Source of the DNA: Octopus vulgaris
Lineage: Eukaryota
Length of the DNA stretch: 64,000 bases
Direction of reading: 5' to 3'
NCBI GenBank assembly: GCA_951406725.2
Contig: OX597819.1
Span: forward strand, 85,002,001-85,066,000
Below, one piece after another: positions 38,581 to 51,935 of the stretch; position 1 is the stretch's first letter, and each line of letters starts with the position of its first letter. The translations under genes were made by a program, and so were the position numbers. Under the pieces are notes generated by a model that was given only the letters and a program-made list of their open reading frames with translations, searched no databases and was not told the origin of the DNA.

Positions 38581-38905
38581 TGTCATTATTGTATATCTCA
38601 CGGTTAATCTTGATCGTACAGATTTTTGAATAAAAAATGTTTCAGCCATGACCATTCCGTCTTTTGTTCAGATACACTGCAGGTAAATCTGTAAAAACCT
38701 TCAATAATGGACGCATACTTGAAGGAATAAAACGTTTATCAATCACGAGATTCTGGGATTGATTCCACTGGGAGGTACATTGGAAAAGTATGCTATCCCA
38801 TAGCTTAGATGCTTAATATGTTGTAACGTGATAAAAAAATGTATACCTCTATCTTGTTTTGTAGACCATATTTCTTGTTTATATGTTGGTGGACTATTAA
38901 TACTA

Positions 38906-39471
38906 TTGGGTTGTCCAGAAAGTTCGTGCCGATTTTTAAAGGAAAGGAAAAGGTCAATAAATACTTGCCATTACATTTTTAATCAACCAAATATGAACCA
39001 TTTTGTTGCATAATGCGTCTCCATCTTTCCTTTAACTTGAAAATATCCTCTTCCCAGAATTGAGGTAGTTTCATGGCAACGAATTCATCAAGGTATCTTT
39101 TTACGTCATCCAAGGAATTGAAATTTTTATCATTAAGACTATTCTGCAGAGACCTGAATAAGTGGAAATCCGAAGGAGTAGCATCTGGTGAATATGGCGG
39201 GTGGGGTAACACATCCCAGCCGAACTGCAGCAATTCTTGTCTGGTTCCCAAAGCATCAAGTGCTGAAAATGAACTTTCTTATCTTACATTTTAAAGGGTT
39301 ACATAATTAACACAGGCAAAAGGAACATAAATCTTTTCCCACGAAAAGATAGCTTAAACTGTGCTCTAAATGGAAGCGTAGTCAAATCCTATTTTATGGA
39401 CTCAACCATGTTCTAAAATAAGTCGAAATGTAAGCTACTATAAATCGGAACGAACTTTCCGGACAACCCAA
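38906..39471 (-). mobile_element. Internally deleted mariner element retaining both TIRs and the transposase C-terminus
   Basis: TIRs ttgggttgtccagaaagttcgtgccgattt / aaatcggaacgaactttccggacaacccaa with TA TSD. The ORF contains GWDVLPHPPYSPDATPSDFHLFRSLQNSL (YSPDL motif). Confidence 0.9.
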
Positions 39472-40267
39472 TAGTTTCATTTCTTTATACCAGTGCCAGT
39501 GCACCTCTAGCCTTATTGCTGTGCTGTCGGGAGTTTCCCCTTCATAAGTTGTGGTAGTGAGATGCAAGGAAGGTTGCCATACGCCTTACTGTGCAACATT
39601 TATGGAAACCAGACTTCTTGTCTCTGGATCATGACAAGAAGGTGAGGCGTTTCTGTGAGATGTTGTGCATGCCTTATTGAACTTAAAACTTCTGAATATG
39701 AATTGCTGAATTTAGCCCGCAGGGGACACAAGTAGCTAGCCATCATCATCAAGTATGTTTGCAAATCTTTATGTCTGCCAACATCTACGTATGAATAATG
39801 TGTAGGTGTGCATGACGCGCACCCGCAACTATGCACAAATATGAGAAGTTAGCGACATCGAATTTTTGAAAAAAGATAGAAATAAATTGATATAATATAA
39901 TATAATATAATATATATTATATATATATATACACATACATATGTACATACATGTGTGTATGTGTGCTTAAATATACTATATATATTTATACATACACACA
40001 TGGGCATACACACATACACACTAAATATCAGATATAAATATAATTAAAAATCTCTCTTTCCTTCTCCCAGCTCTATCTCTGCATACATATATGTGCATAA
40101 GCTTTATTTTTTTCATGACTCGAGATTCTTGTAGCTGTAATCTTCGGGCAAGATCACAGGGCCGTGAAACTCAAGTAGCAAGAACAAGAAATTTAGCTTA
40201 AATAAATAAATGAATAAATACTACATGTACTCAGTACTCATTTCCTCTTTCGCTGACATTTCTGTGC

Positions 40268-40319
<52 letters not shown>

Positions 40320-41622
40320 CTCCCGTCAACACCCGTTAAAAGGAGGGCTGGGCATGCCGTGGTTGATGATGCGCAGACACGCGCTGAGACTGCGGCATCT
40401 CTGGCTCTATGTAGACGACGGTGAACAGGTGTGGTCGCCGTTTGTGAGGCACGCTTTCCCGCAGCTCGTCTCCATGACCGAACTGCAGTCGTGGATCAAA
40501 AAGAGGCCGAGGAAGGGCGAATGGCACCGCGAGTGTCGCGTTGCTCTCAAGCAACTCTGCCGTCCTGGGTCGACCTTAAGTGACTTCAACACAACCAAAG
40601 CATTCTATAGGGGTTTAGTGGAGGGGAGGTACGACGACGAACTCGGGGCGAACCTGGACGTCGACGAGGAGTACCTGACCCGCCTGTTCAGGACGACCTT
40701 CGGGCCAGGGCCCATGGACAACTTCCAGAGATCCCTGGCCTGGCAGTGCTACCGAGAAGCGCTACCCGTTCGGGATAAGCTCTACAGACACGGCTCGAGA
40801 AACACGGGGCCGACCTGCCCGAGATGCGGTCAGAGCGACGAAACCGTTCTGCACGCACTCGTTCAGTGCCCAACAATTTCCGACCTGTGGGCTTATGTCG
40901 AACAACTGCTGTCACGTGTGGGACGAGTCGGTTTATCAGCTGAGTCTATCGTCAATATTGTCACGCCTCCTTCCTTCAAACGGGAAGGAAGAGCTATTTT
41001 CATCATCCTTGTGGCTATGGCGAAAGAATGTATCTGGTGGACGCGTCTGAAAGGATTGGAGACAAACACTTTCCTCTCTGGTCAATCTCTCATCAACTTC
41101 TTCAAGTACCACTTGAAAAGGAAAGTGAGAGTAGAGAGGCAAGTTTTGTCTAGCGAATGTTTTAAAAAAAGATGGGTGAATGTAGCAAGAATGGCACGTA
41201 TGAATGACGAAGCCACCTTGAGCATAGTCCTATGAACCCAGAAATCGAAAACAGAGAGTTGCTTATTTGCAAAAAAAAAAAAAAAAAAAAAAAGAAATAT
41301 AAAATGTGACTTCATTGACCGAGGTTACCGTGGTCTTTTCCGTAGGCTTTTCTTTCCACGGGTAAACCTCACCTGTCCTCCCCTTTACACTTCATATTGA
41401 CATTTCTGTGATAACGATCCCTATTGATCAATTTTTTTTTCCTCTCCCCCTTTTTTTTAACCCCCTTTTTTTGTCCTCTTTCTCTCCTTTTACGATCCCT
41501 TTTGATCGAAACTCCCCCTTCCTTTTTTTTTTTTTTTTTTTTTTTTTTAAACCTTCAAAAGAAAAGCTCTACCTTGTAATTTGTTCTATCTGTGTGCAGC
41601 CCTGTGTGGCTAATAAAGAAAC
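40320..41622 (+). mobile_element. 5'-truncated L1/Tx1-type LINE: ORF2 C-terminus with zf-RVT, plus 3' UTR, inserted in (CTAT)n
   Basis: Uninterrupted frame from HPLKGGLGMP to CPRCGQSDETVLHALVQCP..W and K..IWWTR, stop at 41235. GC-rich relative to the flanks, ends taataaagaaac, and has (TATC)n on both sides. Confidence 0.85.
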
Positions 41623-41700
41623 ATATCTATCTATCTATCTATCTATCTATACATATACGTATATATACATATGCGTATATATACATATGCGTATATATAC

Positions 41701-41746
<46 letters not shown>

Positions 41747-41897
41747 GCATTTATATATGTATGTATATATATGTACGTATATATATATATATATATACAC
41801 GTATATATATATACTACATATATGAGTAATCTGTACGTATGAGTGACAACGTGTGTATATATGTGTACAGAGAAAATTGTAAGCATATCTGTCTATC

Positions 41898-41975
<78 letters not shown>

Positions 41976-42618
41976 ATTTGTGTGTGTTTTTTATATCGTA
42001 AACTTAAGTTGACAGTTTTCTGCCTAAGCCATCTACAAAAAAAATCTACATTAAAAAATGCCTTATGGAGAAACTCTCAACTTAAGAACGCATGCACGCA
42101 CGCACGCCTGCACACCTGCACGCACACAAAAAAAAAAAAAACACACACACACACACACAAACAGAATCGTAGAATACACGCGCACATGCAATGTGACAAG
42201 CACGCCCAATTAAAAAAGACCATGTTTGGTGAGTCTTCGGATGTTATGAATTTTACGTGTATGAATATTATTATTATTATTATTATTTAAAAAAAAAATT
42301 AATGATGTCAAGTGAAGATGCTTTCGAGTGCTTTTCTCCCCTTTCGTGACATTTTTGATCAGGTTTGTCAATGATATTTTAAATTTAGTTTTGTATTTTT
42401 GTTATTTAGTTATTTATTAAATTTTCTTCGGATTTGGAAAGAAAATTTAACGTTTGCAACTCAAATTGCAACAACTATGAAAATAACTATTTCATTTTTA
42501 CAGAAGAGTGAAGACTGGAGAGCTTTGAGAGGTGAGCTTTATAGTAAGATCTGATGTTCATGATTTGCTAAAACCTTACATTCTCTAATGATCTCTCTTG
42601 GCAATTTCATATGCATAA

Positions 42619-42900
42619 CTATGCAAACACTATGTCACAAAGACTAGCCTTCCTCTTCAAGATCATGTAATACACTCTCATCAGCTGTCGACAGCCTATA
42701 AAACTGAACTTAGGTTCACAATGGCATACAGATCTTACATTTTGTACAGAATCATTGTCACATTCACGGTCACCACAGGCTGAAAAAAAAAGAAAAAAAG
42801 TAAAAGAAAAAATAGAAAGCATTCATACTGTCGATTGACAAAGACTCACTCTTCAATTCACTGCAATGTCTATGTCACAGATGCGTTCTTTCCGCTCTTT
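42619..42900 (-). pseudogene. Possible decayed EGF-like, Cys-rich exon pair split by a 70-nt intron
   Basis: GTGAGT donor at 42849 and a strong polypyrimidine-CAG acceptor at 42780. The phase-1 join gives ..HRHCSELK-TCGDRECDNDSVQNVRSVCHCEPKFSFIGC, with an in-frame TGA just upstream. Confidence 0.3.
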
Positions 42901-43358
42901 TTCTATTCTACTGTTAGTTACTACAACGGCCTCTGTTCTTAGAGTCTTTATTAGTTTGTCTAGTTTTCCTATCGCCTCTTCCCAGGTTCAATTAAATTAC
43001 CCGTTTAACCTTTCGCTACCATAGAATCGGCAGTTATCAGTGCGTTGCACAGGATGCGTTGTAGACTTAGTCTTTATCTTTTTTTTTTTACTTGTTTTAG
43101 TCACTGAACTGCGGCCATACTGGGATACCGCCTTGAAAGGTTTAGTCGAACAAACGGAGCCTAGTCTTTAGTTTTTTTTAAAGTCTGGTATTCTATCGGT
43201 CTATTTTGCCGAACAGCTAGGTTGCCGGAACATAAACAAACCAACACCTGTTGTAAAGCAGTACACACACATACACGTAGACATACACACACACACAAAT
43301 AGTGATGCAGATAAAAACGCTTGGATTTGATATATAAAATATTCATTCATGCATGTAA

Positions 43359-43394
<36 letters not shown>

Positions 43395-43485
43395 CAACAA
43401 TTGAGGGTAAAATTAATTAATTAATTATTAATCAATTTCACCAAGTGTTCAGTATGTAAAGGGACCATTTAAGGCGAATTCAAAT

Positions 43486-43873
43486 TATTACATTATATAA
43501 AAGGGCTTAGTAAAATAAATTACTTTGCCACATACTGAACTCATTAGAAATAGTAGCTAAAAAAACTTTTTAAAAACTATTTCTAATACTTAAAGAAAAT
43601 CTCTCTCATATAGTGTTTGCTCAATTCAACTCACGAAAGTATGGGGGTAAAGACATTAAAAAATCAAATGCAATGGTTCTCAAATAACCTTTGCATTTGA
43701 TTTTTTAATGTCTTTACCCCCATACTTTCGTGAGTTGAATTGAGCAAACACTATATGAGAGAGATTTTCTTTAAGTATTAGAAATAGTTTTAAAAAAGTT
43801 TTTTTAGCTACTATTTCTAATGAGTTCAGTATGTGGCAAAGTAATTTATTTTACTAAGCCCTTTTATATAATG

Positions 43874-43878
<5 letters not shown>
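43486..43878. repeat. Near-perfect palindrome, 188-bp arms with a 17-nt spacer, embedded between (TA)n tracts
   Basis: 43486-43673 is the reverse complement of 43691-43878, with one mismatch seen. Confidence 0.95.
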
Positions 43879-43934
<56 letters not shown>

Positions 43935-44614
43935 TACAGAAAGAAACAAAACCGGTAAATATTCAGAAGGTGAACATTCATGTTTAAACATATAGACATT
44001 CATATATTTACAAAATAAATGCATTTACATGGCGTACAAAAAATTCAGAAAAGGGGAGATGGCATGATATTTTAAGCCCGGCAGCTGTTTCTAAGGGTTC
44101 AGAATTACGTAATAGTTGTAATGTTAATAATTGGCAGATGGGGGTATGCCAAAAATTCAAGGATACGCAACTAGGAAAGGATGCATATAAACATTACCGT
44201 AATACCGGCCTCCTTCGTTATGGTGGAAAGATCGGCAAATACCAGTTTACATCATTGAGAGAAAATTTAAGGTTAGAATGGAAGAAGACGAAGGTGAGCA
44301 AAAGCAGGTAGAATGAGGAGGTAGGTGGTTCAGTGGTAGGGGAGTGTTCAAACAGGGGAAGGGCAAGAGGAGATAAGGGAAGGACAGCTGGGCGAGAGAG
44401 GGGGTGAGTGATCAGAGGATTCAGTAGAAGTGGTGACTCAAGAAAGGTAGGCATGCTTTACGAAATGGCTCGAATGTCTAAGTTCAAGTTAATTCTGTAC
44501 ATAAAAGCATCTAAGAAAGAATTATTGACATTACTGGCAAATATAGTAAGTTCTCGGTAACCGTGAGCGAGCTTCCATTCTTGCTTCAAACCATTTCAAT
44601 ATTTTAAATTAATA

Positions 44615-45790
44615 GGCGGCGAGCTGGCAGAAACATTAGCACGCTGGGCGAAATGCTTAGCGGTATTTCGTTTGCCGAGGTCGACTTTGCCTTTCATCCT
44701 TTCGGGGTCGATTAAATAAGTACCATTTACGCACTGGGGTCGATATAATCGACTTAATCCGTTTATCTGTCCTTGTTTGTGCCCTCTGTGTTTAGCCCCT
44801 TGTGGGTAGTAAAGAAATAGGTATTTCGTTTGCCGTTACGTTCTGAGTTCAAATTCTGCCGAGGTCGACTTTGCATTTCATCCTTTCGGGGTCGATAAAT
44901 TAAGTGCCAGTTACGCACTGGGGTCGATATAATCGACTTAATCCGTTTGTCTGTCCTTGTTTGTCGTCTCTGTGTTTAGCCCCTTGCGGGGAGTAAAAAA
45001 ATAGGTATTTCGTCTGTCGCTACGTTCTGAGTTAAAATTCCGCCGAGTTCGACTTTACCTTTCATCCTTTCGGGGTCGATAAATTAAGTACCAGTTACGC
45101 ACTGGGGTCGATATAATCGACTTAATCCGTTTGTCTGTCCTTGTTTGTCGTCTCTGTGTTTAGCCCCTTGGAGGGAGTAAAAAAAATAGGTATTTCGTCT
45201 GTCGCTACGTTCTGAGTTCAAATTCCGACTTTACCTTTCATCCTTTCGGGGTCGATAAATTAAGTACCTGTTGCGTACTGGGGTAGATCTAATCGACCGG
45301 TCCCCTCCCCAAGAATTTCGGGCCTTGTGACTTGAGTAGAAAATAATATTTTAAATTAATTGGGCGGTAAGCTGGCAGAATCGTTACAGTGCCGGACAAA
45401 ATGTTTGGTACCATTGCTTCTGACGTTCTGTGTTCAAATCCTGCAGAGGTTGACTTTGTCTTTCATCCTTTCGGGGTTAATGAAATAAGTACCAGTTGAG
45501 CACTTGGGTTGATGTAATCGACTTACCTTCTATTTCGAAATTGTTGACCATGTGCTAAAATTTGAAGCCAATATTTTAAATTAATTTGGTGGCAAGCTGG
45601 CAGAATTGTTACTGCACCGGACAAAATGCTTTGCAGCATTTCTTCCATCGTTCTAAGTTCAAATTCCGCCGGGCTTTACTTCGTCATTTGTCCTTTGGGG
45701 GTCAATAAAATAAGTGCCAGTGGAGCACTGGGATCGATGTAATCGACTTGCTCCCCCTTTCAAAAACTGATGACCTCGAACCCTGCATCA
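44615..45790 (+). mobile_element. Tandem array of SINE family B (four ~185-bp head-to-tail units plus two older copies)
   Basis: ggtatttcgt-tg-cg...ctttcatcctttcggggtcgat..tagccccttg..aaata repeats from about 44662, 44820, 45004 and 45189. Separate degenerate copies start at about 45362 and 45590. Confidence 0.85.
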
Positions 45791-47904
45791 AACCGGAATA
45801 TTGTGATCTTGGTCACTTAAACGCCATGGAAACAGGATAACTGGCGTTATGATTACTAAGGCTCCAGAAAAAAAATATACATAAAATTATATTGATGGGC
45901 TCAGTAAAAAGAACCGCTATTCAATAAATATTACTGATAAATTAGTTCGTTACTCACGTAATCGCTACCCAATGCCCAGCATTAACCACTTTTACCCAAA
46001 CCTTTCACCTTAGAATATCTTCCTACTTTATAATATTATTTAACCCCAGGTCAGTCTTGATTGAAGAAGCTCATATGATTAAAGGCATTCTAGCCACGAT
46101 CATCTTTATTATTAGGGGCATATAGAATTACATAGGTGTCGAATAAGCAGAGCTTTCAGAGCGTTAGTAAAAAGGTTTTGCAGATTTTTTTCAGATCTAT
46201 GTGTTCTAGCTTGGAGTTCAAATCCTAAATAAAGTCAGCTTTATTTTTCATCCTTTCGTGGTCAATAAATAAAGCACCAGTGAAGTATTTGAAGCGAAAC
46301 TTCTTCCTCCCTTTCACTATGAGAATCGACTACTTTGCATCGTGAAAAAGGTTGTGGGATATCACTATGTGTTGAACGAAAGGCTAGCAACTTCTGCTCA
46401 CGGAAAAAAGAAAAAAAACAAACTGTTATATAATAATTTCAAAATTTGGAACAAGGCCAGCACTTTTATATCGGCCCCAGTGTTTAGCTGCTATTTATTT
46501 TAACGATCCCGAAAGGTAGAGATAACCTCGGTATTTGAGCACAGAATATACAGAACCGGAAGAAATACCGTTAAGCATTTTGTGCGACTCTACCAGCTGC
46601 CACTTTTCTGATAACCAGCAAAATGAAGAGTGTCGTAGAATGGAAAATTGGGTTAATATCTTTGGAAATAGTCTTTTGACTATGAATCATTTGTACAAGA
46701 AGGCAACTTGTGTTTTTCAAAGGATATTTTAGCGAAGCAATAAGTGGTGATATTGTTATCGTTTACAAAGTAAAAGTTGGGTAGAAAAACATGTGCTAGA
46801 AATAACAGTCAATCATCATAGTAGTTGATACACATGAAGAAGTTTTCGCTTACATTTACCCAATATTTATTAATTTCGCTAACGAGAACAAGACGTGGTT
46901 CTGTACATATATTATCAATATTTACCAACAAATATTTTAAATGATATTCAAAGTTTAGCGATCAATGGCTGTAGAGGGACATTGAAAATTCAGACAAGAT
47001 TACAACTTAGAGTTTAACTTAGTTATTCTAGATATATTCAAAACAAGAGGATATATCAGAAAATTCTTAATGCATAGTTAATTACTATAGAGAGTTTGAA
47101 AGACGGTAGAATTCTTGCACAAAAGAGAAGTGGTAAGAGGTGAGAGAGGACAATAGCTGATTGACAATTTGGTAGTTAGATGAGGCAGTTAACTCTATTA
47201 ATGAGAGCTATAATCTAGTCATCTGAAGTTTCACCGTCATCAAAAGGGGTTTCAGTGAGCTCTTATTTTGAACCTGTTTGGTTAAATTTAAACATAAATT
47301 TAAACTATTTGAACATCATATCACATAAGAATCGTTGTTTACAACATTCGGTTTCTAAGATAGATTTATAAAAGGAGACCGCATCTTCTGTCAACCTTTA
47401 GCATATTTTAACCCTACATCGCAGAAACAAATTTCATGTCTATTTCGGTAATGATGCTAAATATCTACTAACAAAAAAAAAAAAAAAATAGAATTGGTAT
47501 TTTCTGCAAGTCATGTTGCCTCAATAAACTTGACATATCTCAACAGAAAATAGGTTCATACATGACATTCCTCTACAAAAGATAAATTGGTACCTGAAAC
47601 TGCTTTCCGCGGATAAGGGAAATAGAATTTTGAGTGGACTTGATTCCAGTAGTTAAATGGTTTAAACCCAAACTTCTACTTGTATTTTCGTTGCTAGGGA
47701 ATATGACAGTATGCGAAGCAATAACTCAATAAAATTATGATAGTCCTCTTCTAGAAAAAATACATTTATCGAACATTTGATATTAGAAAGTAAAAGTTGT
47801 GTGTGTGAATGTTTGTGTATGTGTGTGTTGATGTGGTGTCTGCGGTATATGTGATAACAAAGTAACATTGCTCCAAAATACGAAATCAAATGAAAATTTT
47901 GTCT

Positions 47905-48170
47905 GGCACACCGTCGGTTACGACGACAAGGTTTCCAGTTAATATCCGATCAACGGAACAACCTGCTCGTGAAATTAACGTGCAAAGTAGGTGAGCACTC
48001 CACAGACACGCGTACCCGTACCTTAGTTCTCAGAGAGATTCAGCGTGACACGGAATGTGATAAGGTTGGCCCTTTGAGTTACAGGTACTGTTCAGTTTTT
48101 CCAGCTGAGTGTACTGTAACAACGTGAAATAAAGTGTCTTACTCAAGGACACAACGCACCACTGGAAATC
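47905..48170 (-). mobile_element. SINE family C (head truncated)
   Basis: Homologous to 13948-14130 and 24610-24860. Confidence 0.75.
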
Positions 48171-48370
48171 GGAAATTAAAGAAATGAAAATTAAAGCAAC
48201 TGGAAAATGAAATGTCAAACAAAAATCTCCAAAAAACAATTCAACAAAAGAAAAAAAATGAAAAGTACAAGGCGTTCTAGCCGTTTTCATTCTATCTACA
48301 TTTACTCCCTGGCAACTTTTTGAAAGTAAAGTTGCTCCTATTTGTTTTGTTCAGCAATTTGTGTTTATAA

Positions 48371-48585
48371 GGCGGCGAGCTGGTAGAAAACGTTAGCACG
48401 CCGGGCGAAATGCTTAGCAGTATTTCGTCTGTTTTTCACGTTCTGAGTTCAAATTTCACCGAGGTCGACTTTGCCTTTCATCATTTCGGGGTCGATAAAT
48501 TAAGTACCAGTTGCATACTGGGGTCGATCTAATCGACTGGTCTCCTCCCACCAAATTTCGGGCCTTGTGCCTAGAGTAGAAAAGT
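48371..48585 (+). mobile_element. SINE family B (further copies at about 48680-48890, 50165-50365 and 52015-52215(-))
   Basis: Full head ggcggcgagctggtagaaaacgttagcacgcc and core. Confidence 0.8.
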
Positions 48586-49676
48586 AACTTGAGTTTCTAC
48601 TTCTATTACAATAAAACAACTGACAAAGAAGACAAAAAATAAAAACTGTTTTTAAGCATTATTATTTTGTGTTTGACTAAAGTGGCGAGCTACCAGAATC
48701 GTTAGATCTTCGGACAAAATATTTTGCGGTATTTCTTCCGGCTCTTTACGTTCAAATACCGCCCAGTCTAACATTGACTTTGATTCTTTCGTGGTCGATA
48801 AAATAAAGTACCAGCCAAGTACTAAGATTGATGCAACCGGCATGCCCCTCCTCTCAAGAATTTCTGGCCTTGTGCCAAAATTAGAAAGAATTATTTTATG
48901 TTCAGACAGCAATAGAAATAACATATTTCACTTACAAACTAATGATAAATCAATTACTAGAATCAAACACAATTTTCCAAGTTATTACACCATTAGTAAC
49001 CACTCCATTAGCAACATAGTAATTAATATACAATACAGATTGCTAAATCCAAATGGTAGAGAAAAAAATAGTACTTTTTCACAAAACTGTCATACCTCGA
49101 ATTTTTTGGAAGAACGATCAAAGATTTTCGAAAACTATAATTAAAAAAAAAAAAAACAAATTGGGAATCAACAGATTCGCCCTCTAGGCAAGCGAAATTA
49201 AATAACATAAAAGAATCTCCAGTGAAATAAGAATAGTTTTAATTTTATGGAGTTGGACTGCTTTTTTTTTTTATCTTGTTGACTAATCCCAGTATAGAGT
49301 GTCTTCTTTGTATTGTATATTTGAATTTTTTTTAGCTCGGTGTTTTTGTGAGATTTAACGACACCAGGAAATCCATTAAAAACTAAAAACCAAGCGTTTT
49401 AAAGAAAATAGATGTATGTCCATTGAGAAATCTAGAGATAGGTGTAGTGAAAAATATTTCTTCGGGTCATAAACAAACATCAACTGCTTTGTAAAAGAAG
49501 GTGAAGTGAAACATAGACAAGCAATAACCGGTTGTTTATAAGCTTCATAAATTATGATTCTTCCTAAACACAACAATATTTTGAAAACAACACACAAATG
49601 TACAACTGAAATACAAAAGAGAAACATTATTGTTCCTAAATCTCTCAATGGGAGATATTCATTAGCAGTACTTTAA

Positions 49677-49776
49677 AGTAAAGATTATTTACCAATCTAA
49701 TATGGCAGTCCCGGTTGGGATGAATGCTACTGTAGCAACCGGGACTGCCACATTAGGTTGGCAAATAATCTTTACT
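49677..49776. repeat. 100-bp fold-back palindrome of the conserved terminal hairpin motif
   Basis: Arms 49677-49717 and 49736-49776, turning at tgctac-t-gtagca. Homologous to 19846-19890 and 35350-35400. Confidence 0.85.
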
Positions 49777-51574
49777 CGAAATACAAAGTTAATATGTTAT
49801 AATAGTTTCACGTTAGAATGATGAAAACCCAGCGATGATTTTACGTTTTAGAAGCGTAAGAACATCATTGAACTTCCTTCATTCCAGCGTGAAACATGCA
49901 AATTAACTTTGTTTTTATGTTATTCGTTTGTTTATGGCGTTTTCTAAAATACTTTCTTGCTCAACAGAACACTACCATAGTCAACCGAAACGAACAATTC
50001 TTCATTTCATTTAAGCTTGATGAATAAACTCACTTTCCTTAATCAAATGTAACTGTCAATGAATGATAATACTTATTAAGTTTAAAGCTGTCATTCAATT
50101 GAATTTAGGAAATATACCTCCAATGTCTTAAGAAGTATACTTATGTTAATAATTGTACTGCAAAAGGCGGCGAAGTGGGCAATATGTTTAGCGCCATTTC
50201 GTCCGTCTTTACGTTCTGAGTTCAAATTCCTCCGAGGGTGACTTTGCCTTTCATCTTTTCGATGTTGCAAAATAAGTACCGGTTGAGTACTGGGGGTGGG
50301 GGTGGTCGACTTAATCGACTCACTCATTCCCGAATTGCTGGCTTTGTGCCCAAAACTGGAAATCAATATTTGTGCTGCATTTAATTTCCTGTGCCGCCAG
50401 TAAGGCAAAAGAGTCTTTCACCTATTCTCTGTTCTGGGGTGAAGTTGAACTGCCGGATAGTTGGGATGAGGAGGGGTGTATGGAGGTGCTTTTTACGGTA
50501 GAACAAGTAAGAGAATTTGAAGATGAAGTGATTCATGTTTTTGGGTCAATAAGAAAAGTGATAGACTTGGATGAGAAAAAAGAACTGGAAAAGTGGTACG
50601 GGATGAAATTAAGAGACTATGTATTTGTCAGAAGAATGTAAGAAGAGGAAAAGAGGACAGATAAGTGATGTTATCCGATGGGGCGGGAAAAATCGCTTTC
50701 ATCTTTCATTTTCACCCTCTCATTTTTATCATTTTTTTTTTTGTGTTTTATGTCCCCAATGTGTTGTTTGTCTCTTATCTTCGTCAAACCTTTATGGGTA
50801 ATAAAGAAATCAGAGTTTTTCACCTATTCTCTGTTGAATGGAAATTACCCGAAATGTCAGACATTCTACTCTATACGGCAATTGAAGTTGCCTAAGAATC
50901 TACGAATGCTCCTTTCACTACTTGAGCCCAGTAAGGAAGGTTGGGCCTCCAGCCAGGCCTTTCGTGATAGTCTTAAAGCCAGGAACTTTTCAGCACTCCC
51001 TCGTAAATGTAAAACTAAATCTCTGTTGTCCCTTATAGGTATTACGTAAACCTCTTTAAGACACCATTTTTACAATCGGGCCAGCGAGAGATGCTCTAAG
51101 TGGTTGTTCGACCTGCAAGAAATTGCAACCAAATTTCCTTTAAATCAAACTTTACCATCCTAAAAAAAGGTGTGTGTGTGTTGGGGGGGGGGGCGGGGGA
51201 TGTACATCAGAGATTGAAGTCATAGATAAATTATGTAAAAATAAGCTAAACGAGTAAAACAAAGAACAAAACGGGATGGTTACCCCTGTAACATCTTAAA
51301 TGTTCATAAGTCTGTTCAACCAGAGTTCATGTTGTGATAAACATCACCGTCGTCGTCGTCCTCCTCCTCCTCCTCCTCATCATCATCATCAGCAGCATCT
51401 CCACCACCATTATCGTTTCATAGATATGGATAATCTTCAAGCAACAGAACGTTAAGCAGGATAGATTATTCTGCTAATGTCCAGCATATGGAAGTATTAT
51501 ATCTGTATATTTTTTAATAGTTTATTCGTAATACATATCTTTAGTATCACATTTTCTCTTACTGAACACTGCCG

Positions 51575-51728
51575 GGCGTAGGCACGGCTGTGTGGTTAAG
51601 AAGCCTGCTTTGCAATCACGTGGTTTCGGGTTCGGTCCCGCTGCGTGACGCTTTAGGCAAGTGTTTTCAACAATAGCCCGACCAATGCCCTGTGAATTTG
51701 ATAGCAAGAAACTGTGTGGAAGCTCGTC

Positions 51729-51783
<55 letters not shown>

Positions 51784-51935
51784 CATATATGTATGTATGT
51801 ATGTGTGTGTGTGTGTGTGTGTGCTTGTCTCCCCAGCACTGCAAAAGAGCTTGATTGAATAAGTACTAGACTAAACCCTTCAAGGTGGTGCCCCAGCATG
51901 ACCGTAGTCTAATTGACTTAAACATGCAAAAGATA
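51575..51935 (+). mobile_element. SINE family A
   Basis: Head ggcgtaggcacggctgtgtggttaag, an internal microsatellite and the family 3' end. Confidence 0.7.

Noticed and set aside
38356-38655. Poly-Ala/Thr/Pro ORFs (antifreeze- or mucin-like)
   Set aside because: They are open in several frames only because of trinucleotide repeats, with no splice or homology evidence.
40210-40320. N-terminus of the 341-aa ORF as a real protein start
   Set aside because: It is read-through of flanking DNA and (TATC)n (YLSI repeats). LINE homology starts only at about 40320.
44070-44230. Additional minus-strand hammerhead (GAAA cagctg CC gggct)
   Set aside because: The 3' half resembles the 26117 motif, but the UH site is mutated and I could not find a convincing CUGANGA box or stem I partner.
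49690-49735. Twister ribozyme (taa-tatg-gc-a-gtccc..ggga pattern)
   Set aside because: The conserved L1 3' strand and the two pseudoknots could not be built, so it is kept as an unnamed motif instead.
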